A DNA stretch of 64,000 nt, from NCBI GenBank assembly GCA_025786725.1, contig JAHLTZ010000018.1, positions 186,001-250,000 on the forward strand. The letters run 5' to 3'. The notes under the pieces are model-generated. The model ran no database searches. It was not told where the DNA came from and saw only the letters and a program-made list of their open reading frames with translations. The stretch comes from Syncephalis fuscata S228 (taxonomy: Eukaryota; Fungi; Zoopagomycota). The position numbers and the translations under genes were made by a program. This document shows, piece by piece, positions 37,853 through 51,015 of the stretch (positions are counted from its first letter, which is position 1; every line of letters begins with the position of its first letter).

Positions 37853-38226
37853 AAAGCTGACCACAGTTGGCAATGCCAACCTTGCCATTGGTTGCTTCTT
37901 TAGCTGATTCATAAGTTTCGGTCTTCTTTGCAGCATTTAAGCCTTTAGCTACTTGACTAAACCCAATGTAATAGCCAGTAAGCCACAGAGGTTTGGCAGT
38001 GGTGATTAAAAACTAAGAACTGTTGATGTTTAATTCAGAATTGGCCATTAAAAGAACGCCAGGACCGGTGTGCGTAAGTTTGAAATTTTTGTCAACGAAC
38101 TCTGCATCATAAGGCAATTACCATCTGGCCGTTCTGCCTGGCAATATCATTATTATGCATATCAATTCAGGGACAGCTGTATGGAAAGCACATAATTCTT
38201 TGTATCCAAAGCCAGCTTTACCAAGC
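37853..38226 (-). pseudogene. decayed cyclophilin A-type peptidyl-prolyl isomerase pseudogene
   Basis: Minus strand reads GKAGFGYK..FH..VP, then YDAEFVDKNFKLTHTGPGVLLMANSELNINSS*FLITTAKPLWL...KVGIANCGQL, versus CypA [44 protein letters not shown]...ITIADCGQL; carries a stop and frameshifts. Confidence 0.85.
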
Positions 38227-39093
38227 AAAATACTAATAAAATAGTAAATACGATACAACTATTATTACAAGTATCATAATAACTATTGTTCATATTACCC
38301 TGTCGTTATCATTACATTAGTTTTATCTATGCTTGCCCCAGTTATTTTTAAATGGATATTAATTACATACGCTGATTTCATCACAATATATAAACCAATA
38401 CTTTTTTAACCAATTTAATAGCACATTATACCGATGTATATACCTCCAACATGATTAATGGTTTATTTACAGATTTTCATTAAAAACAATTCGCAGTCTA
38501 GTAAGCATATATATGCATTAATACAAACCAAATAAATTAGATATTAAAGATAACATTTGTTTATTAATCATTTTATTAGGTTTATACTTCACTTAATAGT
38601 TATCATATACTTTCTTGTCAATACTGTTTATTCAAATTAGTTGATGCGTTTAAATTATGTTGTAAGGCGTGCAGGGATCAGCTTTGTTCATTACCTCGCC
38701 TTCTGTTTCTCGTTATTAATGTGCTATAAATTGCTTCTAACGGAGATGCCGAGTATAATAGTCATATTCAGTGTTGCGAGTTTTTTTGTTAATTGATTAC
38801 GATGTATTCTGTGCATATCCGTCGATTGCGCAAAATATATGAGGCAATAGTTCAAGCTATTATAATATGCTAAGCTCAATAGCGAATCATTACCAGTAAT
38901 GGTTAATTATATAAGTTAATTTTATACGTCAATTGCAATTGTTTAATTACACAATAGATTACAGTTCAGCTAATTTATTTAAATCAAAGTATGTATAAGA
39001 ATTGAATTATAAACTTTCAACTATGACTGTACTTGAGTGTAGATTGGATGATTCCGGCAATACAATGAAATGTTTCATGTTGGAGTGCACCAT

Positions 39094-39342
39094 ATTATGT
39101 ACTTTGAACAGAAGCCGTGATGTTTGTTGCTACTTCTTTCGCTTTGTCGACAGCTTGACTTGCGTGGTCGCTAACGGTCGTTGCGGCTGTTGCCGCTGCC
39201 TCTTTGGCTTGTCCAGAGCTCCGCCCACGTTTTCAGCGACAGTAGCTTCAGCCTTGCCCTGGGCCTCTAGATCCTTGTTACCGGTGGCCCATCCAAGATT
39301 TTCCTTCGTCTTGCCCAAAAGTTTTTCTCCAAAGCTGGTCAT
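39094..39342 (-). CDS. CsbD/LEA-like stress hydrophilin
   Basis: EKLLGKTKENLGWATGNKDLEAQGKAE is a CsbD motif; one added A near 39209 gives LEA-like DKAKEAAATAATTVSDHASQAVDKAKEVANK. 3' end uncertain. Confidence 0.7.
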
Positions 39343-39846
39343 GTTGAATTGTTATTGTTGCGTGTGTGTGTGTTGTAAAATACTGAGTAATTGAATGTGT
39401 GTGATAAATTGAATGTCAACGGCAGTAAACGTCGACTATATATACGCGACGTGTTATGAATAATGACGTAGACTGCTTATCGTGTTGGTCACGTGATTAT
39501 TACATTAAACGTGTATTCGGCCCGAAGAGCTTGGTAGGCCACGATGACATATCATCTTGACTACAGGCAATGGCATGCTACGTAATAAGTTGCCTCAATA
39601 TAGCATGGCATTCGTGCATAGAAAAGCACTGCTTGGCTTCTATGCGGCAGAGTTGTTCTACCATATTTTGCCTAGGTATCCAAGATGGTATTACAAGCAG
39701 TAAACCACGATACAAGGCTGGTGTTTAATTATTAATAAACCTGTTTAAATTGACATTGGGAAGATATTTCATACAAGATGCAAATGCAGCGCTTCAAAGT
39801 TTAACAATCAATGTTTATTGGGCTGCATGCAACAGAAGAGCCTTGA

Positions 39847-40590
39847 CTATGGGCTATCAGGTTTATGCCAACTAAAAGACGCTCTATATTTGCTATCTAC
39901 TTGCCCAACCGCTTTGCGAGGGAGTTTATTAATGTTCATTGTTGATTGCATTAATCTATCCCATTCTTGCGTGGCTCTTCTCTGCTGATCTGTAGACTTT
40001 GTCCTTATCATTTCATACGTCATATTTTCTTCGTTTTTTGAGTGTCTAAACTGCATTGTTTTTTGCTTTAACAAATTAGGCATTGTACGAAGTCGCTTCA
40101 GTAGGGTTTTCTCTTCTTCAGGTAATTCCGGTAATGCTTTATCGCTGGATTGCATTTGATTTAACTTCAAGTTGTGTCTAGCAGGTGCCGACTTTGCTCG
40201 ATTAAGTTTTTGTCTTCTATTGCTATCCTCAATGGGAGTCATTGGAAGTGGTTTACTATTCAAATCATACATGGCAGGCATGGGATGTAATGGAGCGCTA
40301 GATTGTGGTGAATCTATAAGACGTATTGCTTGGTCAGGCTTATGCATAACAATGGGATACTTTTTCAAGTCTAGTTGATTGGGTGGGTGCTTTGTTATTA
40401 AAAATCTTTGCTCATTAGAGAATTCATTAGTAAAGGGTATTTGCGTCATTGTTCTGCTGTGATGTGGTCTAGTATTTTGAGAAGATAAACCAATATTTGT
40501 GCCAGTATCATGAATAACTGGTGCCGCACAAGATGGCACCAAGGCATATGCAAGGCAGCCAAGTATTGGAACAAATACGTATCTATGCAT
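39847..40590 (-). CDS. secreted protein of unknown function (candidate effector)
   Basis: Intronless ORF, MHRYVFVPILGCLAYALVPSCAAP signal peptide, basic Cys-free mature region. Confidence 0.65.
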   Translation of the reverse strand: MHRYVFVPILGCLAYALVPSCAAPVIHDTGTNIGLSSQNTRPHHSRTMTQIPFTNEFSNEQRFLITKHPPNQLDLKKYPIVMHKPDQAIRLIDSPQSSAPLHPMPAMYDLNSKPLPMTPIEDSNRRQKLNRAKSAPARHNLKLNQMQSSDKALPELPEEEKTLLKRLRTMPNLLKQKTMQFRHSKNEENMTYEMIRTKSTDQQRRATQEWDRLMQSTMNINKLPRKAVGQVDSKYRASFSWHKPDSP

Positions 40591-40986
40591 TATACTTGCT
40601 ACAATCACGTAAATCGTTATAAAGTTGAAAAGTAGAAAGATCAAAATAGGCGATGAGAAGATAGATGAACAGTAAACGCTGATAACTAGAATGCTAAGCC
40701 GCTATATAAAGTGGCAAAAGCAGTCTTACTAAAACTAAAAAAAACTCAGCTTTAGTAGCCTATTAAGGCAATTGCTCAGCCACATTTAATTGTGTCGTAT
40801 GTTGCAAACCAATTCGTAGACTTTTTGCACTACTGTCAAAACGGAGTTTTATTACTACGAGCCAAGATGGTAGAAATGAAGGAAGGAACAAGTCCATGGC
40901 AAGACTGAGCCTTAAACGATAAGTTACTGGTGGTTGTTCCAGTAGTAACAATCGTGTGTTCCTTGCCACATTTGTATGCGCAGTAA

Positions 40987-43090
40987 TTATCTGGAGCACG
41001 GTGTTGCACGTACTTGGAAACAGTTACCACGAGGCTTTAGCGTGAATAAAGATAATGGCGTCATATCATTAGTAACATCGGCCGGAATTGTAAAATCAAA
41101 TTGCCGAAGTATTGACGCCAATAAAAGACGCAACTCCATCCAAGCAAGACTAAATAGCTTGATTTTAGCAACGTGTACTTATATTTACAGTCATGATTAA
41201 CCATCGCCTATCAACTTACTTTTGTCCAATACAAGTGCGCGTACCTACACCAAATCCTAGAAATTGCTTTCGCATTTGTTTCAACTTGACTTGATCGTCT
41301 ATGAGCCATCGTTCTGGATAGAATTCGTCCGCATTATCGCCATAAACATTGGGATTTTTATGAATTGCCCATAAAGCGGGAGAAATAGTAAACTGCGCAC
41401 CAACAAATTAGCAGATATTTGCAATTTCATTCGCACTTACTCCTTCGGGAAAATAAATGCCACATACAACTGCGCCTCCGGGTGGGAACAATCGCTGTGT
41501 ACCTGAAGGCATTGGCCGTAGGCGCATCGACTCCATCAAAACCGCATTTAAATATGTTAAATTCTTCACATCAGCATGCTTAAGCGGCTGATCAGGACCA
41601 GGACATGCTGCATCGATTTCTTTCTTTAATCGACGATACGCATCTGGATGTTCAGTCAAGAAATACAAAGTCCTGTAGTAATGGTAGTTAAATTTACGGT
41701 TGTGTTAATTAAATAGTATTCATGCCTTACCATGTCATTGTAAGCGCAGATGTGTCCATTCCAGCCAATCTTTAATAAGTAGCATAGTTAATAAATACTA
41801 AAACTGAATCTAGTTAATTAATTACTTACAGTTGCACAATTGATTCAGCTATTATTTGATCAATATCTAGTTTTTCTCCAGTTTCTGGGTCTTTCGAGTC
41901 AATCATTCGCTGGAGTACATCCATGGCTTGTTGGTCATCTTCGTTTTTTATATTTGTTTCAATTCGCTTTTTGATAACCGATCGAGTAAACTACCAAAAT
42001 AATTTAGCACAATATTATTCTAACAATTTTTATATACCTCTACTAACGACTGTTCGGATTTGACATATTTACTAAATAACCAGGGAAAATAGAACGCGCC
42101 AAATGCTTCTTTCTAAATAGTACAAGTTAGCTTATAGTCATTAAAAATAGCAAGTATAATCACCAGTAGGCTCAAGTAGGTCATATCTCTAAACCAATCG
42201 ATAACAGGGTGTGGCTTATCGCCAGGCTTGCCTTTCAGTGTATTAAATGAGCCACCGAATGCTACCTCGCCAATAATATCCTATAAATCATTATTAATAA
42301 AGTTTAAAAAATAACACTTGAACTTACAAATGTTGCATAATGAAACAGCTCATGAATATCAAATGTTTCTCCCGTACTGGCATACTGAGCCACTCGATCG
42401 ACTAGACAAGCCACGCCAGCACGGTAGATAAATGGTTCTAATTCGGCCACCGAACTTAACGAAAACACTGGTCCAATAATACGTTTCTACAACCAATGTC
42501 AGTGTGTACTATATCATTTGTGATACTTACTAGTTTCTTGTGAAATACGGCATCGCTACACATATTTACTTAATAAACAAAACTCAATCTACATTTATAC
42601 TTGCCTAGTCGAAAAGATGTTATCCCGATGAAATTGAAAAGTACGATAAAGATGCGACTTTAAAAAATTGGGTGAACTCTGTATTAATTCAACAAACTCT
42701 GGGTCGGCAACTGCAATAGATTTGCTGCCTTTAAAGCAATCAAGCAATTAGGCTGATGATGGACAAGATAAACAACTTTACCTAAACGAAATATTCTACC
42801 ATAGCGTTTACTCAAATCGTATACATGTGCTGCATAAGTGCCGCGAACAGTATGATACATTGGAATAGCGCGCGCAAGAAATGCCGGTCTTACACCAGGC
42901 ACTTTAGCTATTGGTGACAAGAATTCTTCATAAAGTATCTATTAAGTGCGTGTTATTTAAACTGACACGACATATATATGTTGTAACTTTTCTTACTTTC
43001 GCCACTAACCAAGAAAGCAACAGCAAAGCAAAGAACTGCCAATCAAAAACAATATAAGCAACGACTGCAACGACAACATTGCTGATATCA
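40987..43090 (-). CDS. cytochrome P450 monooxygenase, many introns (start codon uncertain)
   Basis: N-terminal TM, AGMDTS I-helix, ExxR (ESMR), PERW, and heme motif FGVGTRTCIG followed by LAWMELR. Confidence 0.93.
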
Positions 43091-43536
43091 CTGTAAACAA
43101 ATAAAAATAAAATATAGGAACTAATTAGCTACAACAATACATTTAGAGAACGAAGCTAAAACGTCTGGACAATGATTATATAGGCCTATACCTGCATATG
43201 ATAATTTTGCGAATATGGAAATACTCGTTATTTAATTACTATTTTAAAATGGACTCGTGTAATACATGTATTATTATCATTACTACCATCACTATTATTG
43301 TTGCTACAGTCATCATCATCATTATCATTGTATAATAACACATATTATATCTAATTAAAATCACATCAATAGTACAAATCAATTCTAAAACAACATTTAT
43401 ATAACGACTAAAACAAGTTGTTGTTAAATGCAAATTACTGTGCACACGTCTAACAAAAAATGGCAGTGGCAACTGACGCCACTTTAATTGTAATTCTCTA
43501 TAATTACAATAACAACGATAGCAATAAACATGTCAA

Positions 43537-44586
43537 TTATTTAATACGGTCCAATCGGTTAGTCTGTAGATTGATCTTGGAGTGTGCGGTCGTTGTCTTG
43601 GTGTCGATCGTCTTCAAACGATCGTTCTGCGCGGACAGCTCCGAGTTCATTGCTGTGCCCATCATCTTGAGACGTTGCATAGAGTCGGAAATGATGTTCA
43701 AATTGTTATCAATCTCACGTTCAACGTTAGGATCTTCGTCTTCAAACGTGTATCGTCCTGACTCGTCGCCAAAACGATCCTGCGCCGATTGATAGCCTTG
43801 TGCTCCGCGCGAGCCTGGTGCACCCATAGCATTGTTGATTCGTTGTTGTGTTTGATACTCGGCCGTATGAAGCTCTGAGCGCTTTTGCATATAGTCTTCG
43901 TGCTCACGTTGCTTCTGCTCAAGCTCTTTGTCCGCCCGTTTTTTGGAGGTAAATGGATTCTTGAAACTGGGACGGAAAATGGAACGATTCAAACGCTTCA
44001 GCTCGTCGGTACGCTCTGCCGCACGATCAGCGTGTAAATTAGTCATATCAAGCTGACGCTCGGTATTGATAAGTTGCTCTATAGAGTAGCATAATCAGTT
44101 ATTATTCAAATGCTTAGCACTGGCCCGTGCATTACTTACCGCCTTGTCGGCCTAGTGTTGTCAGTGTATTTGTAGCCAACGATTCTGTTTCCTGCAGCTT
44201 CTGCACTGCATTACGTGTCGAATCTAGCGTGTCCTTCTTAACCGTATGAATCTGACGCTTAATGCCTTCGACGTCTTCATCATCTCCTGGCCATAGCTGT
44301 CATCGTCAAAACGCTGTCCTTTGCTAGCTGCGTATGACTGGCCACCACCGCCACGACCACCACCACCGCTTTCTTCAAATGGATTAAAGCGTGCTTTAGC
44401 AGAAGAAGCGGCAGAATAGTTGCCACCACCGCTGTTGCTAGTGTAGGAGGGTGCAGGAGAGCGAGATGGAGAGGCGCCGTAAGTAGGTGGAGCCGTGCTT
44501 TCACTACTGCTTGGAGCATAGCGACTTGACTGGCTGTAGTTGGAGGTTGTATTGCCACCGGCACGGTATTTACGATAGTCGTCCAT
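43537..44586 (-). CDS. SEC9: SEC9/SNAP-25-like Qbc t-SNARE
   Basis: Two SNARE motifs (DVEGIKRQIHTVKKDTLDSTRNAVQKL...LGRQGEQL; EREIDNNLNIISDSMQRLKMMGTAMNSELSAQNDRL) and ELKRLNRSIFRP; one intron; a 1-nt deletion near 44285. Confidence 0.9.
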
Positions 44587-45212
44587 GATGAAGAAAGGTA
44601 TATGCGAGTGTAACGAACGGAAACGAGATGTGCTGTATTGCTGTTAGAAAGAAAGAAAGAAATGGCACGTTTACTTTGGGACAGCTTAGAAAGGAATAGG
44701 TGGTGGTGTTGGGGCAAATGAGTTGTAGCTCAATGTAAAAGCACTGTTGTTGTAGACGTGTGAGAAGTTGAGTAAAAGATTGTGTATTGTAAGTGTGCGG
44801 AGAATTCAATCTAAAGCAACAGTCCTTTCGAGCTTTTGTAGGCATTAACTATTTTTACTTTGGATTAAGTTTCACGGCCTTGAATCCACACACTCACACA
44901 GCGTATACATACATACAAATACACACATATCCCTCTCTCATGTATTCTCTATACTGTATACATATGATACAGGTGCGTATGGATAGACCATGCATTCTAC
45001 TGGAGACACGCGTAACCAAGCACATTGTACTATGGCCATAGTATGATAACAATGCACTCCTTCTTGCCACATGCGCGTAGAAAGGTGCATCCACGTGCTC
45101 ATGTATCTAAATAGCTTGATACTAAGCTATTGCTTTATTGCTTAAAATAAACAGCTAGATTCAAGGTCAACTATTGTTTAATAGACATTTATTAAATAAA
45201 AACTATGATAGT

Positions 45213-47213
45213 TTAGATACTATCATATTGCTGCTTTTTTGTACTAATAATTGCTAGATTTCTTGGTGAGGCAATGGGATCGAAAAGAGCAACAAGCCAA
45301 GCGGCGTGACCACGCTCACGCAGGTACGCCACTCTATCTTCTAGAATAAGTCGCTCCAATGCTGGCGCCAGTAGAACACGCAGTGTCCAAAATATGGCCA
45401 CCTGTAGACGACCTAAAGCGTGTCGTTGCTCAAAATCCCTCAATATTACTAGGCAAGCATCATGAACGACATCAGGCTGAGTAAATTCCATAGTATTGCT
45501 AATGTTAGAATCATCTGTTGATAATTCAGGTAGTAATCCTTGAGTAAGAAATCTATAAACACGACCAGTAAATAATGGCGTTTGTAAAGATAATCTACGA
45601 GTTAATAAGCGTTTTAATGCTATCAACGCGTAGCTTTCAAATGTATCAATGGGTGATCGTCCGAATCGACCCACTTGGGGTGCATCCAAGTTAGGATCAG
45701 CCATATGATGCTCAACCATAAAAAGCTATTAACAAAATGCGTTATAAATAAACAAGAGCTAAGAAAACATTAATAGTACTTACATGTAATAGTGCCCGAT
45801 AGTAATTGCGTTCAAAGGCTGTTTTGGTTGCACTCAGTTGAAATGGCCATCTACTGGGTGCTTGACAAGCCAAATGACGACCTGTTAATCCAATAAACCT
45901 ATTATTTGCTGCTTGTGGCATAGCTAATTGAATTTGTCGACTCATAGGAAATCCATTTTCCTTATTCCGCACTGATGGTTCATTAATTTGATTGCTTGCT
46001 GTATCTTCTTCTTCTTCTTCGGTAAGTAGGTTGTAACAACAGCCTACATTAACTAGAATATTTGCATCGCTTTCTGTAAATAATCGAAGCGAACTAGGAC
46101 CTAAATCGCCACATGTATGAAGTCCACATAGTAGCCAGGACAATGAATCTAAGTTAGTATCTGTTGGTTGATCACTTGCTGTAACTCCATAAATATTTGT
46201 TTGTATAGCTTTTAATAGCTCAGCAAGTGATTTCTCAGTTACCAAGTGCGTAACATGAACTAGTTGGCCTCGGTTTGATTGCTTTGTATCTTGTGGCTCA
46301 GATTTCTTTGAGCCATGCTTCTCTGTCTGTTTTTGATACCGTTGTGCGCCACATGTTTGTACATCATCGGCATCCACGGCAAGTACATTCAATCCATATT
46401 GATAGGTCAATGACCGGCTCAAATATCCCTTTTATTAACGGTTTTAGGCCATTAACTTCCAAGTTACAATACAGCACCTTTCTTACCTGTCCTGCTCCAA
46501 GATCAACTATCTGATCAATCTTATGTAATTGTGACAATTCGTCAATAATCCATGCCAAACGCTCAATCTACATAATTATTTTAGTTATTTGTATTTTGTC
46601 TAATTCTACAATTACCTCATGCACTTTTTTAGGATTTACGCCATACAACAATTGTTCTTCTACACGAGGAAACAAACAATTCACTGGCAATAATCATAAA
46701 TTGAGCATTAATTTCCAGCTTTATTACTTTTACAATTATTATCGTTAGTAAAGCCATAACTCACCAGGTGTACGATCCAATGAAAATAGCTTTGCTTCTT
46801 TAACAAATTCTCGAAAAGACTCGGGCCAGCTGTCCTAAAAGTAATAGGCATGAATGTCAGTATCGGTCAGTTATTCGCTGTATGATATTCGGTACCTTTA
46901 CTTCCCAATAACCTGCTAATTGAATACAGCTATTATAAACACTGTCTACTAAATCTGAAGAAAGCTCTGTTTCATTGCAAACTTTACTCGGTAGTAATGC
47001 TTCACGCCAGGCCAGCTCGAATCTTTCCCAATGATGCCGCGTAAAAAAATCAACAACATGGGCATTAGCCAGCCAGTGAAAACGGGCTATCCACGCTGCT
47101 AGCCGTTCAAGAGAGGCACCATTATTCCTAGTTGATATGTCATTCTGGTCTAGTAAGGTATAAATTGGTTGCGATGCTGGTGCGGCGTCGTGTTGAATGC
47201 TGGAATAAGACAT
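45213..47213 (-). CDS. METTL25-like (Methyltransf_32) SAM-dependent methyltransferase
   Basis: NAHVVDFF, KKVHE, IVDLGAGQGYL, GLHTCGDL, NVGCCYNLL, LESLIL-like LERLILEDR, FDPIASPRN. Confidence 0.85.
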
Positions 47214-48037
47214 AGCACCAGCTAATTAAAAGAAGAAAAAGACATCGATAATAATATCTATTGTAATAGCAGTATTTTAATACAATAGAAATTATTTGTT
47301 TTTCAAAAATATGTTATTAATTTGATTCTTTTAATATACTGATTATACTGAAAACAAGTTCTACGATAATGAGTATTCTCGGTGTCAATTGACTTATTTT
47401 TTAATCCGCTTGTTACTTTGACGCTAATTCAGTTAACTTGTGTCTTTATAAATAGTGGCCGATAGGGACCATAGATCATAATCTAAGTCATCGCTTTTCC
47501 TTTCTCTTTCATCACTTTGATCATTGATATTGATAGCTTTTTTAACACGTCAAGTGCATTTTCGACTTGTTTTATGTTACTCCAAGTATATGCCGTAAAA
47601 TCTCGTTTTATGCTTTGTTTTTACTATGAATAGTTGTGGCAAACTAAAACATACAACGGACTTGACCGTATATACCTACCATAATTATTGTGTACAGCTG
47701 TAATAGATTATTGTAATGCATTTTTTGCAATACATCCTATTATTATGTATTTAAACGCGTTCGTTTTTCATTTAGCAAGCAAATATTTTTATATTTTGTT
47801 AATCAATAAACACTATGATGTATTTAACACTATTCATTATTTTATATATTATTAATAGCTATTAAAGCTGATCCAAAAAACATTTATTTTAATGTTAACG
47901 TGTCAAACAGTATTTCAAGCGTACTTGGAGTCTTCAGTACGCAAACATAATGCTTTATTAAACATTTAAAGCTCTATAGTACTAACGTAATTTGCATGCA
48001 ACAAAATATGGGAACTTGCCAAGCTAGCTTCCATCTT

Positions 48038-48587
48038 TTACATATATTCTGACTCCCACAGTTCGCGATTGTAGTTTTCCATAAGATCAGTTGTGTCTTT
48101 ATACCGAGCCTGCCACAGCGCAAAGCCACCTCGTAGAACAAACACCTGTTGCGATTTAATGCTTTCGATGCTGTCATTATCGTTGCTATCGTGGCTGCTG
48201 GCAATACTGGGCGATTTATTCGTTATGGCCTGCAATACGGCTTGATGATAAATACCGGCCGATGTCGGGCCACGGACTTGCGAAAGGGCGCAATGGAAAA
48301 TAATTTTTGGCACATGCCCGTACTCCTTGATCAATTCGGGTAGCCTTTCCATAAGACGGTGCGATGGAACATTAATCGCCGAAATGATATTACCGCCTTC
48401 AAAGTCGTCGTCTCTCACATCGATGACAACATAGTCCACCCTTGCAATGGTGTAAGTAAACTGCAGCTATTATGCCATCATTCTGGGCTTACCTTGGAGT
48501 AAGAGTGGGGTCTCGTAGTATACTGGCCAAGTCTTCGCCTTCTATATACTCCACTGAGTCGTAAATAGTGCTGTTTGACACAGTCAT
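48038..48587 (-). CDS. Cdc25-like rhodanese phosphatase / arsenate reductase (Ych1/Ibp1 type)
   Basis: VIDVRDDDFEGGNI, FHCALSQVRGP (HCx5R), VLRGGFALW; one intron ~48442-48493; possible longer in-frame start at 48776. Confidence 0.9.
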
Positions 48588-50159
48588 GACAGTAGTTTGA
48601 TGCGAAATAGAGTTACTATTAATTTTGGAGTCGTGAAAACAATTAATTGAATAACCAAAACTGCTAGTCGGCCTCGTCTGGTTATGGCAAAGGTCGATGG
48701 CAAGTCTACTACGTTGTAGCCACTGGTATTTTTGCTGTCTGGAATAACGTATACAGACTGCCAAACGCCTAAGCATGCACTGACAATAAATGCACGAGTT
48801 CTGACGGTACCGAAGAAAAAGGAGTGATGAGAACGAGCAAGTGAATGAGATAGTAAATGGGCAAGTTAGTGTGCGAATAAATATCAATAGAAATAATCTC
48901 AGTAAGATAAGGAGATAAAAAGTGGAAGAAATTGAAACACAAACACGTCCACACTTAATCTTGTGTATACCAATGTTATATACTTTCACAATAAACGGTC
49001 TCTCTTTCTTTCGAGATATAGCAGAAAAATGACACCAATAACAATAACAAGAAAAGAGCGCTACTACGGAAAATAAAATAGAAAGAAAGGCAAAGGTTCC
49101 AAAAGCGGCACCATTGCTAATGAACGATGCAAGTACCGCATGCACTTTTCTAAACACAGGTCGGACACGAATATAACATCGGCCGGATTGCCGTTACCGT
49201 GCTACATCGGAACAGCTGTTTTCCACTACATAGCTATCAACGCTCAGTTACCAGGACCCTTTGAGTGACGTTTGAACTGTTGAATTACAGGTTACAGCCC
49301 TGTTGTCTTTGTATCATTTGCCATCCTTTGCATACATATGTACCAATGGGCGTTCGTTAAAGTGCAAGTCTATGACAGAACCAGTTGCAGCAATATATAC
49401 ATGCATGCATATCTGTCTGTCTTTTTCTTTCTTCCTCCTTTTAGTTCCATCCTTATGTATTTTACGGTTTTATTTACCAATCACTTTCCTTATCGTTTAT
49501 TTTAAAAATAGCAAAATAGTAGCAAATGCTGACTACATATATATATCTATTGTCATTACAACAAACTGTTATAGATTAAATAACAAACATTTATTTGGGT
49601 TTAAATACTTTGCCAACTTGCAATATGTCATTTCATTATCATTATATTTTAATCGCAATTATCACTAGATAGCAAAGCCTTTATTTGGTTTTCCTATGCT
49701 CGTATATGGCATATGTATGACATGACTGGGTGGTATTTCCGGTTTTTCTGGATATGAATCGGCAACTATGTAACCAGAATATAACCAGTTTTTGATAATT
49801 TGGCAAGAAAATCGGGTCACAGATATTGACACATTCTTACTTATTGCACATATGAGTTATTCTTCTATTAATTAAACAAGAAGGATTTATAGTAAATACT
49901 AACATACAGTAATTAGTCGAATTAATACAACTATACTCCATTATATAATTTAATAATTATATTAGTGGCCTAATCATTTAGCTGTTTATTTATTTATGCC
50001 GAGATTATTACATTAATATTAAACAATTCACTAATTATTTATTATTTGGGGGTCAAATGACTATTTCTAATAATATTCGCGTAGTTGAACTACATTTTCG
50101 TTCTATTGAACATGAGGACAAGTGGTGAGTTTATTTAATCATTACATCATCACATTTAT

Positions 50160-50420
50160 TGTTTGTTTGGTGGTCAAATGACTAATATTTAATAACATCC
50201 AATTTACTGAACATGATGATGGGTAGTGAGTGGCATCAATCATCAAATACTCACCATTGTAGATTCATTATCCAGTATGCATATAACTAGTATTTATATC
50301 ATTCCATTCTATTACATAATACTATGTAACATTCTACAATATACTAAACACCTTTTATTTATTATATACGACAATATACTTTACTTATTCCATTCATTGC
50401 ACTATACACGCTGTAACTTT
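50160..50420. mobile_element. partial copy of the MITE-like element (left TIR plus internal part)
   Basis: TTTGGTGGTCAAATGACT...TGAACATGATGATGGGTAGTGAGTGGCATCAATCATCAAATACTCACCATT..CAGTATGCATATAACTAGTA matches 32124-32250. Confidence 0.7.
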
Positions 50421-50714
50421 AACATTGGTTTATATGCTTTATCATTCTATAATCGCCTTGCCTTCCTCTATCCAAAACTGTTTTTTATTTTTGTTTTAGC
50501 TTTATTATTAGTAAATCTCAACTTATTTACCTCACTTGTTTTAACAAACTATATGTAATTGAAACTTATAGCAATATAATGTATCCTATTTATTATATAT
50601 AAATATATAATAGTATAAATATATAGAGGTCATATGATTGCGATTTCATGCCATTCCGCATTTGTTGTTATTGCATCTACATACAGCATGGATTATTACA
50701 TCTAAATGGTCTGT

Positions 50715-50890
50715 TTTATTTTCTAATATTTTATTATTGCATTTTGGACATATTTGCGATGTAAGATCAATATTAATACAATTATTATAAAAGTCGTTTG
50801 TTAAACAGCCACTTTTTTATAGTCAGTCTGACTAAATAAATGACATTTTGAACAATTAATAGCATAATGACAATATATATATATATAAAA
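50715..50890. repeat. dispersed repeat family B, copy 1 (copy 2 at ~59864-60040)
   Basis: Shared ATTTTCTAATATT..TTTTGGAC..GATGTAAGAT..GTCGTTT.TTAAACAGCCAC..GACTAAATAAAT.ACATTTTGAACAAT..TATATATATAT. Confidence 0.8.
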
Positions 50891-50914
50891 AATACACAAA
50901 CAATTAAAAAATCA

Positions 50915-51015
50915 ACTAATTAATTATTTAACTACCTAACTACCTAACTATTTGACTAACTATTTAATTAACTAATTAACTACCTAACTATTGACTAACT
51001 ATTTAATTAACTAAT
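50915..51015. repeat. AACTACCT/AACTAATT low-complexity tandem duplication
   Basis: Unit TAACTACCTAACTATT(T)GACTAACTATTTAATTAACTAAT is present twice. Confidence 0.75.

Noticed and set aside
4955-44290. Programmed ribosomal frameshifting, RNA editing or mass pseudogenisation suggested by about 12 frameshifts (near 4960, 5040, 18090, 20005, 24713, 25590, 26140, 35672, 36120, 36320, 39209, 44285)
   Set aside because: Where checkable, each is repaired by adding one base, often in a short homopolymer. They hit essential genes (RCL1, TOA1, SEC9, chitin synthase) with no shared slippery motif, which is typical of long-read consensus deletion errors. Short-read polishing would settle it.
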